Shown here: in pieces, positions 56,543 through 64,000 of the stretch
Layout: each line of letters starts with the position of its first letter
Position numbering within the stretch: position 1 is the stretch's first letter
Source: a virus
Length of the DNA stretch: 64,000 nt
Strand: one strand, 5' to 3'
IMG/VR virus record: IMGVR_UViG_3300025012_000031
Location: 91,099 to 155,098 of that record
Made by a program: the position numbers and the translations under genes
Notes under the pieces: generated by a model
Database searches by the model: none
Told to the model about the DNA's origin: nothing
The model's input: only the letters and a program-made list of their open reading frames with translations

Positions 56543-58341
56543 TTAGAAAACGAATTAAAAGAATAACCGTCATTGAAAATCAGGATGTCTATGATATTCA
56601 AACAACAACAAATCATAACTTTTTTGCTAATAATATATTAGTTCATAATTGCGGAGAGATAGCAATGTTGGCTGATGCCGGTATTGTCGAGATTGACGGC
56701 GTCATCTATGATCACCTTGGTGATATCTGTAACCTCGGGCATATCAATGTACCAATGTACTATGATAAGAATAAAGGATTTGACTGGGAAACATATGCGG
56801 CCGATATTGCTCTCCTCGTCCGTTCACTTGACTCTATCATTGATGTTTCTGGTTATCCGCTCCCGGGAATCGAGGCATCGGCACAACTTCGCCGTAAGAT
56901 CGGTTGTGGTCTCCTCGGTTACGGTTCTCTGTTGATGATGATGGGTTTCAAGTATGGATCACGGGATGCAAACGCATTCACACAACAACTAATGGCAACA
57001 TATGCAAATGCGGCCTATCATGCATCGGCCATGCTTGCTAAGGAGAAAGGTTCATTTAAACTCTTTGATGTAGATCTAATTTTTAACGGTGGGTTCGTCA
57101 AAAATTCGGGCGTTCTTACAAAGAACACTCTTGATGCAATTCGTCATTATGGTCTTCGTAACTCCCAACTGCTAACCGCCGCGCCGACGGGAACTACGGG
57201 AATTCTTATGGGGCTTGTATCAGGTGGAATTGAGCCAGTCTTTGATCTTGACTACATTCGTTGGGTAACTATTACCTATAAGATACATGAGGAACTAAGA
57301 GGACTGGCTTACCCTGATGTGACAAAGGGTGAATGGTTTGAAACGAAAGACTTCGTTGCAGAAAAAGTTGGCGATGACGATGTACTGATGTCAACATGCC
57401 GCAATTATTACTTTGACAAAAATCGTGGTCTCGTCAAGAAGACGGAATGTATGGACTTTGGTTGGTTGTGGTGTAAAGAGAATCTTTCAGTTGAAGAGAT
57501 GGAAAGATATAAAGCCAATGGCGCATTCACGACGGCAATGGACCTCACCGTTGAAGAACACATTGACCCGTTTACCATCTTCTCCTCACACATCGATAAC
57601 TCTATTTCCAAGACTGTTAACCTTCGTGCTGATTATCCTTATGAAGAGTTTGACCAATTATTCCGTAAGATGTGGCGGGACGGCGTAAGGGGTATCACAA
57701 CCTACCGTGAAGGTACCATGATGTCGGTACTTGAAACGAAAAAGAGTAATGATGGAAGTTCAATCAAAATGCAACAGCATGAATTTTTTGATTCGTGGAA
57801 AGATCACCAGGATGGACATATTTTCCTTGATGATGTTTCGCTCCCAGATGAATATCCGATGAAGGGTTACAAGATCAAGTCCGAAGGTAAAAAGTGGTAT
57901 GTTTCGGCTGCATTCAAAGATCACGAAATGAAACGCCCCTTCGCTATCTTCGTACAGACAAATAACCGCGAGCCTGATGTCAATACCCATGCTTGTATTG
58001 AGGCGCTAACGGAAATTGCAAAGAATGCCGGTATTGCTCCACATATCATTGATGATAACGATTCAAAGATGATCGGTAACACAAATGTTACAAAGATCGC
58101 AAGGACGCTGAGCTTATTGCTTCGTCATAACATACCAATCATTGACATTATTAAAACTCTTGATACACTTGATCTACCGATCGGTTCTTTTATTTTCAGA
58201 ATCAAAAAATTCATTGCGAATTTTATCGATGAAGATGATCTGATGGCTGAAATGACATGTCCCGAATGCGGCGGTCATGAATTCAAAATGTCAGAGGGTT
58301 GTCCGATCTGTAAAACATGTAGTTGGACAAAGTGCGGTTAA
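56512..58341 (+). CDS. nrdJ: C-intein fused to class II RNR C-part
   Basis: HN|CGE, CNLG, R..G.G, RN..L...APTGT, SGGIEP, SISKT.N, G.T.YR, C-terminal CPECG...C..C...KC. Confidence 0.93.
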   Translation: METGTNPAKVIRKRIKRITVIENQDVYDIQTTTNHNFFANNILVHNCGEIAMLADAGIVEIDGVIYDHLGDICNLGHINVPMYYDKNKGFDWETYAADIALLVRSLDSIIDVSGYPLPGIEASAQLRRKIGCGLLGYGSLLMMMGFKYGSRDANAFTQQLMATYANAAYHASAMLAKEKGSFKLFDVDLIFNGGFVKNSGVLTKNTLDAIRHYGLRNSQLLTAAPTGTTGILMGLVSGGIEPVFDLDYIRWVTITYKIHEELRGLAYPDVTKGEWFETKDFVAEKVGDDDVLMSTCRNYYFDKNRGLVKKTECMDFGWLWCKENLSVEEMERYKANGAFTTAMDLTVEEHIDPFTIFSSHIDNSISKTVNLRADYPYEEFDQLFRKMWRDGVRGITTYREGTMMSVLETKKSNDGSSIKMQQHEFFDSWKDHQDGHIFLDDVSLPDEYPMKGYKIKSEGKKWYVSAAFKDHEMKRPFAIFVQTNNREPDVNTHACIEALTEIAKNAGIAPHIIDDNDSKMIGNTNVTKIARTLSLLLRHNIPIIDIIKTLDTLDLPIGSFIFRIKKFIANFIDEDDLMAEMTCPECGGHEFKMSEGCPICKTCSWTKCG

Positions 58342-58347
58342 CACAAC

Positions 58348-58379
58348 ACTGGGTGGTTCTGAATTCAGAACCACCCAGT
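58348..58379. repeat. perfect 32-bp palindrome after nrdJ
   Basis: ACTGGGTGGTTCTGAA|TTCAGAACCACCCAGT. Confidence 0.9.
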
Positions 58380-58402
58380 TCAATTAAAGAAAGGTTAAAC
58401 TA

Positions 58403-58843
58403 ATGTCTGAAGAAATCGTTGTTAACCATCACTCAAAATTTAGCAAGTGTCCAACGGATGTATATGCCCTTGTATTATATGGTTATGCCGATCTTATGTC
58501 TAAGAATCTTGCCGACAAAGGATTAGTGATAGACATTAATGAGGTGATTTCCGCAACAATCGGAAATGAGGTTGTTGGTATCATGGTGTTCTTTGAAACA
58601 GAAGCTGATTATATTTGGATAAACTTGGCATATGTAAAAGAAGAACATAGGAACAAAGGCATCTACAAAGCAATGCTCGGTTGTTTGAATGAAGAAGCGC
58701 GGTCCCGGGATATTAAATCACTTCGCTCTGGTACTGGGATAGAAAATGAAGTGATGATTGTTGTTAAAGAGAAAGTCGGGTTTGTTAAAACATACATCAT
58801 GCATGAATATAAAATTGAGGATGTCGATCAATGCGAAAAATAA
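58403..58843 (+). CDS. GNAT acetyltransferase
   Basis: YV.EEHRNKGI, N...M....K.GF. Confidence 0.85.
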   Translation: MSEEIVVNHHSKFSKCPTDVYALVLYGYADLMSKNLADKGLVIDINEVISATIGNEVVGIMVFFETEADYIWINLAYVKEEHRNKGIYKAMLGCLNEEARSRDIKSLRSGTGIENEVMIVVKEKVGFVKTYIMHEYKIEDVDQCEK

Positions 58844-59322
58844 AAACATCAACGGTTCGCCAATTGGCAAAATCGGTTTTAAAAGAAAGGGTGACACAGC
58901 CAACGAAATGTAGTTGTGTTGCGGCCGTCATTGCAATGGCAACACACTCTCCGATAACAGATATCTTTGAACACTGTGGACATGATGGGTCATCTCGGGG
59001 TTTCTATCTAAAGGAAATGATTGCCTTTATGGTAAAGTGTGGTTACATGGTCGGCACCTATCCCGAATTAAAACCGGCCTACACTAACTACTATGACGGT
59101 GGGGTGAATGGCGCCGCCATCGGCGATACATTGTACTTAAAGTTGTCAATGGATTCTCCGGCGATGTTGACGGTGCGGAGTGAAAAGTATGAAAGTGGAC
59201 TTCACGCTGTGTTCTGGGATGGTTCATCGGTTAGAGACCCCAACCCTGACGTCGAAGATCATCGCCCTTTATCAGATTATCATATTCTTGACATCATACC
59301 GATCAACTTAATTTGGGGTTAA
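58831..59322 (+). CDS. papain-like/C39 peptidase-fold protein
   Basis: Q....C..A.IAM, HAV.WDG...DP. Confidence 0.6.
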   Translation: MRKIKTSTVRQLAKSVLKERVTQPTKCSCVAAVIAMATHSPITDIFEHCGHDGSSRGFYLKEMIAFMVKCGYMVGTYPELKPAYTNYYDGGVNGAAIGDTLYLKLSMDSPAMLTVRSEKYESGLHAVFWDGSSVRDPNPDVEDHRPLSDYHILDIIPINLIWG

Positions 59323-59334
59323 TGTTCATTCTTA

Positions 59335-59363
59335 TTGACATTCATCGTCTAATGTATTAAAAT
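59335..59363 (+). promoter_or_regulatory. sigma70-type promoter
   Basis: TTGACA-17-TAAAAT. Confidence 0.8.
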
Positions 59364-59394
59364 ACACCTCTTATCCAATCAAGGAGGTTGTTTT

Positions 59395-59790
59395 ATGGCA
59401 AGAAGAACGACGTGCCCGGTGCCATTTACATGTCCAGACATCAATTCGGTTATACATGAAATCAAATCAACGGTAGAAGACCTTCAATTACTCGAATCCG
59501 ATTTCATGTCAATGACGCCGAATGATATTATGAAAATGTTATCAGAGGCCGCCGACCGATTGAATGATCTTATTAGTGGAAATAAGTCGGCCCTTGAAGA
59601 AATACGAGAAGCGAATCATAACCTGCGTGAATGGGGCGCTGATTTAGAAGAGGCATCCTGGAAGCTCGAAGACACAATTTCTAATAATGGCGACGAAATT
59701 GAAGATCTCAAAGATCAGGTTGGTTCATTAAAGGACGAAATTGATTCTCTCGAAAATCAAATCGAAGAATTACGAAAAAACACATATTAA
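59395..59790 (+). CDS. coiled-coil hypothetical protein
   Basis: TCPDI...LE.IR.AN..LR.WG; heptad repeats; AGGAGG SD. Confidence 0.8.
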   Translation: MARRTTCPVPFTCPDINSVIHEIKSTVEDLQLLESDFMSMTPNDIMKMLSEAADRLNDLISGNKSALEEIREANHNLREWGADLEEASWKLEDTISNNGDEIEDLKDQVGSLKDEIDSLENQIEELRKNTY

Positions 59791-59809
59791 ATTATTGGAG
59801 ATCATCAAA

Positions 59810-60508
59810 ATGAAACAAAGAATTATTCCAATCGGCGATGTACACGGCTGTCTCTACTCACTTGCAAAATTACTAGGTTTAATCAAACCAAAGACGAACG
59901 ATGTCATTGTTTTTCTTGGGGATTATATTGACCGCGGACTTCGTTCGAGTGGTGTCATTGAGGCACTGATTGATATGAAACGCACCTATCCAAACATGGT
60001 TTGTCTGAAGGGCAACCACGAGGATATGTTTATACGAGCACTTGCCGGGGACAGATATCAAGAGGGGTTGTTTCTCTATAATGGTGGGACCATGACGGTT
60101 GATTCATACACGGTCAAAGAAACACCACCGGTCGTCGGTGAAGAATTTGAAATGGGTGGGGTGAAATTTATATTACCGGATTCTCATAGAAAGTTTTTAG
60201 ATGAACTCCCAACTCATTTTGAAACAGACGATTACATTTTTGTTCATGCCGGGCTTTACCCAACGATCGAACTCAAAGATCAAAACGATCAAGATAAGAT
60301 GTGGATTCGTGCTGACTTTCTTGAGTCAAAATGTAAGTGGGACAAGATCGTAGTGCACGGCCACACACCAGGAACATGGCCACACATTGACGAGCGTCGT
60401 ATAGGTCTTGACACCGGTGTTGTGTTTGGTGGACGATTGACGGCGCTTGACTTAACGAATGACATTCTGTACTCTGTTGGCAAACACCCAATGGATAAAC
60501 TCAAATAA
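59810..60508 (+). CDS. Ser/Thr protein phosphatase family (lambda PP-like)
   Basis: GDVHG, GDYIDRG, GNHE, HAG, HGHT, DTG. Confidence 0.92.
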   Translation: MKQRIIPIGDVHGCLYSLAKLLGLIKPKTNDVIVFLGDYIDRGLRSSGVIEALIDMKRTYPNMVCLKGNHEDMFIRALAGDRYQEGLFLYNGGTMTVDSYTVKETPPVVGEEFEMGGVKFILPDSHRKFLDELPTHFETDDYIFVHAGLYPTIELKDQNDQDKMWIRADFLESKCKWDKIVVHGHTPGTWPHIDERRIGLDTGVVFGGRLTALDLTNDILYSVGKHPMDKLK

Positions 60509-60566
60509 AGGATAAAAAACGAATGTCAAATTAAACACCAATAAGTGCACGATCGTGTATACTTTT

Positions 60567-60574
60567 TATAAATA
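60567..60574 (+). promoter_or_regulatory. late promoter in the loop of an RBS hairpin
   Basis: TATAAATA between ATAAGTGCA (60541) and TGCACTTAT (ending in the start codon). Confidence 0.75.
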
Positions 60575-60604
60575 AAATAAAAGCCAATCACAGGAGATGC
60601 ACTT

Positions 60605-61543
60605 ATGATTTTAACGGAGCTAGAAATTTGTAAAGATAGAAGAGGATGGCGTTCAAAAGATGGTTTCAGGGGAATGCAGCTCATTGACGTGTGTTGCGAC
60701 AAATGTAAACATGTTTTTAATTCTTCATATAATTGTGTAAGAAATAATAGGGAAAAACATCATAAGGATTTGTGTGGTGGTTGTCGAAGTGCAGCCGCCA
60801 ATATAGCGAATTCATCAAGGCGTAAAGGGAAAACATTTGAAGAAATTCTCGGCACAGAGAAAGCAAATAAGGCAAGGGAAAAACTAAAATTGTATGTTGG
60901 TGAAAGGGCCTCAAATTTTGGGGGGAAATTTAACGGCCCCGGACAACATATTGCAAACGCAAAACGCATAGGAAAAACATATGATGAACAATATGGAAAA
61001 GAAAAGGGGGATTTAATAAAGAAGAAGTTGTCTCGATGCGGAGAAAAAAATCATATGTTTGGTAAAGCCGCCCCGGTTGGTTCTGGTCGAGGTATATCCG
61101 GAATGTATGAGGGTTTTCATTTTCGAAGCACTCTTGAATTGACATTCATCAAACATCTTGTTACAATAAAGATTCCGTTTGTTTCTGGGGAGTCTAAGGA
61201 ATATCGAGTTGAATATGAAAAAGATGGTTGTAAGAGAAACTACTACCCGGATTATGTCTTGGGTACGGGGGAGATTATAGAAATAAAACCATCACGATTA
61301 ATTAATTCGGATGATAATAAATTGAAATTCGCCGCAGCAATTAATTTATATAGGGAAAGATTTAAAGTTTTAACCGAAAAGGATTTTCCAACATACAAGA
61401 CAGAATTGGCTGAAGATTTTATTGCCGGAAGAATTAATTTAAGCGAGCATAATAAAGGAAGATTTGAAAAATATGTTGGACTACAAAAAAGGCATGAATT
61501 TTTTCAAGAAGAACAATCTGACCCCACGTCAAATACAAATTGA
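60605..61543 (+). CDS. PD-(D/E)XK (TnsA-like) homing endonuclease
   Basis: GKT.EE..G repeats, N.MFGK, FRS.LE, YYPDY, IEIKP. Confidence 0.88.
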   Translation: MILTELEICKDRRGWRSKDGFRGMQLIDVCCDKCKHVFNSSYNCVRNNREKHHKDLCGGCRSAAANIANSSRRKGKTFEEILGTEKANKAREKLKLYVGERASNFGGKFNGPGQHIANAKRIGKTYDEQYGKEKGDLIKKKLSRCGEKNHMFGKAAPVGSGRGISGMYEGFHFRSTLELTFIKHLVTIKIPFVSGESKEYRVEYEKDGCKRNYYPDYVLGTGEIIEIKPSRLINSDDNKLKFAAAINLYRERFKVLTEKDFPTYKTELAEDFIAGRINLSEHNKGRFEKYVGLQKRHEFFQEEQSDPTSNTN

Positions 61544-63125
61544 ATCTATTACAAAGATAATAAATGCATTAAATTCCGGAAAACGATTTGTGTTATTAAG
61601 CGCGCCGGTGGGCGTCGGAAAGCAGTTCATTGCACAGGCAATTGCTGAGTCAGCTCGCAATGCCCACATCATCACTTCCTCTAAACAACTTCAAGATCAG
61701 TACAAGAATCCCGGGGGTGTTGTTGACCTTCGCGGTAAGGGAAATTATAAGTGCGGTATTAATCAACTGATGACATGCGAATCTGCTCCCTGTGCAGCAA
61801 TGCCGCAGATCATCAGGCAGTGTCAAGCTCGTCAAGTGTGTCCGTATATCAATCAACGAAACAAGGCAATGGAAGCACCCGTGATGCTGACCAACTATGC
61901 ATACTATCTCTTTGCCCGATTGTGTGGTCCACTATCTGACGAGAAGCAAGTTACACCCCGTGAAGTTTGTATCATGGACGAAGCCCATGCCCTTGAAGGT
62001 TATCTTGTTGGATTTGCGGAGATCATACTCAAACCGGCAGAACTAAAAGAGCGGTACGGTATTTCTGATCTGACATGGTTCTTCAACGGGTCAAAGAATG
62101 AGGATATGAAGGTTCTTGTTTCAATGACGAGGGCAATCATGGCTCGTAAAGCAGAGTGGACGAAGGACCGTGATAACATTTATGCTGATAATGGCATTGA
62201 TGAAAACACACCGATGCAGAACATATCTAAACCGATCCTCGAGAAGATCAATAAGATTAGTGCAAAGGTCAGTGATATTGATAAGGTCGTTAAGAAGCTC
62301 GAGATTTACTTTGAACGTCGAGACCTTGAAGAATGGATCGTCGAATCAAATGCCGACGAGAATCACCTGACTATCACACCTCTTTCGGCTCGTGGTCTTT
62401 TTCAAAAGTTCATTGGGGAATCGGCGAGCAAGTTTGTATTCATGTCAGCAACAATCGGTTCTGCTGTAGAATTTGCTCGTGAGCTTGCTTTGCCGGCCGA
62501 TCAAGTCGAATACATTGAAGTTGATTCTCCGTTCTCTCCAGATATGTCACCGATCATCGTCCTTCCCATTGGTAAGATGAACTACCAAAACATCACAGCA
62601 ACACTACCGAAAATTGCTGATGCTGTTGACCACATCATGGATCATCACAAGACAGAAAAGGGAATCATACACAGCGTCAACTATCGTATCACCGATGATA
62701 TTGCTAAAAGGGTTAAAAGAAACCGATCACGATTGCTCAGTCGTGGTATGGACCCCGTGAACTTCAAGTTCGGAATCAAGAATGATGTTCTGATCAAGAA
62801 ACACATGGAATCGAGAACACCAACTGTTTTGCTCAGTCCTTCTATGAGTGAAGGTATAAGTCTTGATGACGATCTTGCTAGGTTTCAGATTATAGTCAAG
62901 CTCCCATTTGCAAGCATGGCTGATCCGCGGGTTAAAGCGAAGATGAAAGAAGGTAAATGGTATGTTAATCAAATGCTGAAGGAAATCATGCAAGCAAGCG
63001 GGAGAGCTACAAGATCAGAAGAAGATCACTCGGTCACATATGTACTTGATAGTAGTTTTCCTTTTTTTATAGAACAGTGTAAAAATGAATTACCAAAATG
63101 GTTTGTTGATAGAATTCAGATGTAA
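61464..63125 (+). CDS. DinG/XPD-like SF2 helicase
   Basis: R..Q, AP.G.GK, LQDQY, Cys cluster, DEAH, MSAT, EGI, QASGR..R; start uncertain. Confidence 0.92.
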   Translation: MKNMLDYKKGMNFFKKNNLTPRQIQIESITKIINALNSGKRFVLLSAPVGVGKQFIAQAIAESARNAHIITSSKQLQDQYKNPGGVVDLRGKGNYKCGINQLMTCESAPCAAMPQIIRQCQARQVCPYINQRNKAMEAPVMLTNYAYYLFARLCGPLSDEKQVTPREVCIMDEAHALEGYLVGFAEIILKPAELKERYGISDLTWFFNGSKNEDMKVLVSMTRAIMARKAEWTKDRDNIYADNGIDENTPMQNISKPILEKINKISAKVSDIDKVVKKLEIYFERRDLEEWIVESNADENHLTITPLSARGLFQKFIGESASKFVFMSATIGSAVEFARELALPADQVEYIEVDSPFSPDMSPIIVLPIGKMNYQNITATLPKIADAVDHIMDHHKTEKGIIHSVNYRITDDIAKRVKRNRSRLLSRGMDPVNFKFGIKNDVLIKKHMESRTPTVLLSPSMSEGISLDDDLARFQIIVKLPFASMADPRVKAKMKEGKWYVNQMLKEIMQASGRATRSEEDHSVTYVLDSSFPFFIEQCKNELPKWFVDRIQM

Positions 63126-63157
63126 AAACATGACCGGCCTTCGTGTGATAAGGAGAA

Positions 63158-63616
63158 ATGAATGCATGGAAAAGATTAGTAATTGCTGTTGGGAGAAAAA
63201 ATAGAATGATGGGACCCGACGGCCCTGACTTTCAAGATGTTAGTATCTGCCCACATTGTAAGGAACACTGTGAATTTGTTGAAGATGACAAGGATACATT
63301 ATGGTTAGAACACGTCAAAAAGAAAACACAGATTCTTGATATAATTACTACACAGTATGGCGAACAATTGATACTCGGCAATCCATATTTACTTTATTAC
63401 TATGGTGAAATTGATGGTGTGAAAAGACCAGCAAGAGTCGGTTGTCATCTCGGAGACGAGTTAGTCACTACATCAAGAATAGAAAAAACAGATGGCTTTG
63501 TGCGATGGTTGACGGTCGAGGATCGTGAATATCTTAATAGTATAATCAAAGATGAAATATATCATCGGATTATGCATGGGAATAATTGTTGGGTTACAAG
63601 AATAAAGGAGGAATAG
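63158..63616 (+). CDS. hypothetical protein
   Basis: AAGGAG region upstream; CPHCKEHC. Confidence 0.6.
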   Translation: MNAWKRLVIAVGRKNRMMGPDGPDFQDVSICPHCKEHCEFVEDDKDTLWLEHVKKKTQILDIITTQYGEQLILGNPYLLYYYGEIDGVKRPARVGCHLGDELVTTSRIEKTDGFVRWLTVEDREYLNSIIKDEIYHRIMHGNNCWVTRIKEE

Positions 63617-63883
63617 AAAATGTTACATGAAATAAAAGACAATGATAAATGCCCAAATTGCGGGAACCTCTTAATTATCACCGGGGTCCTTCCTGGGAAC
63701 AGAGTTAAACGTGAGTGCACGGAACGGTGTGGATTTGATCGCCTTGATGAAGTAAAGACTGTCCAGTTGAACGAGGGATAAAAATATTCATCTAAAGTAA
63801 AAATAATCATTTTTCTTATTGACACGGCCTCTGTTGTTTGTTATTATTGTCTCAACAATCAAACAAACACAATGGAGGCCATC

Positions 63884-64000
63884 ATGGCAAAAGCAAATTT
63901 GACGCCCGAAGAAAAAGCTGACAAGATTCTTACCCTCACCAAACTTGCCGATCGTATCGGACGGCAACAGATCAAGTGCGATGCCATTCTTGCCAAGCAC
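63884..64000 (+). CDS. hypothetical protein (runs off the window)
   Basis: TTGACA promoter and GGAGG SD; MAKANLTPEEK... Confidence 0.7.
   Translation, partial: MAKANLTPEEKADKILTLTKLADRIGRQQIKCDAILAKH

Larger units (their letters stand above)
55432..56649 (+). mobile_element. split intein (IntN 55432-55734, IntC 56512-56649) flanking an endonuclease gene
   Basis: CVVGNT...LTPDHKVFT.NRGYV.A..L...D; DVYDIQT..NHNFFANNILVHN|C. Confidence 0.93.

Noticed and set aside
1-64000. Stop-codon reassignment
   Set aside because: Conserved genes are full length in code 11, and TAA, TGA and TAG all serve as stops

Overview
This is a 64-kb segment of a large T4-like (gp55/uvsX/gp41-type) dsDNA bacteriophage genome. 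The standard genetic code fits, and the host cannot be determined from the sequence. Left part (1-34.7 kb, minus strand): a tRNA cluster (His, Tyr x2, Phe, Asp x2, Pro x2 and a 145-nt tRNA-like RNA), many small accessory ORFs, tRNA repair enzymes (Rnl1, Rnl2-like ligase, Pnk kinase, CCA-adding enzyme), NAD salvage genes (pncA, pncB, nadE), a NADAR protein, a radical SAM enzyme, and HD, CYTH and PHP hydrolases. A lone 1427-aa plus-strand gene ends in a PARP-like ADP-ribosyltransferase domain. Right part (40.3-64 kb, plus strand): the recombination/replication core (uvsY, uvsW, gp55, gp47, gp46, uvsX, gp41, rnh, gp61), a class II RNR fractured by a split intein plus endonuclease, and a DinG-like helicase. 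Six free-standing homing endonuclease genes are present. Main observations: (1) an unannotated 30-codon leader peptide rich in the amino acids of the downstream tRNAs, followed by overlapping antiterminator/terminator hairpins, which is a candidate ribosome-mediated attenuator switching on phage tRNA genes when tRNAs are depleted; (2) a deamidating PncA-PncB-NadE NAD rebuilding route distinct from NARP1/NARP2; (3) homing endonucleases that appear to have inserted inside genes and restored them with a recoded replacement N-terminus, leaving the old 5' end upstream. All product calls come from motif recognition by eye, not database searches, and RNA folds were paired by hand.
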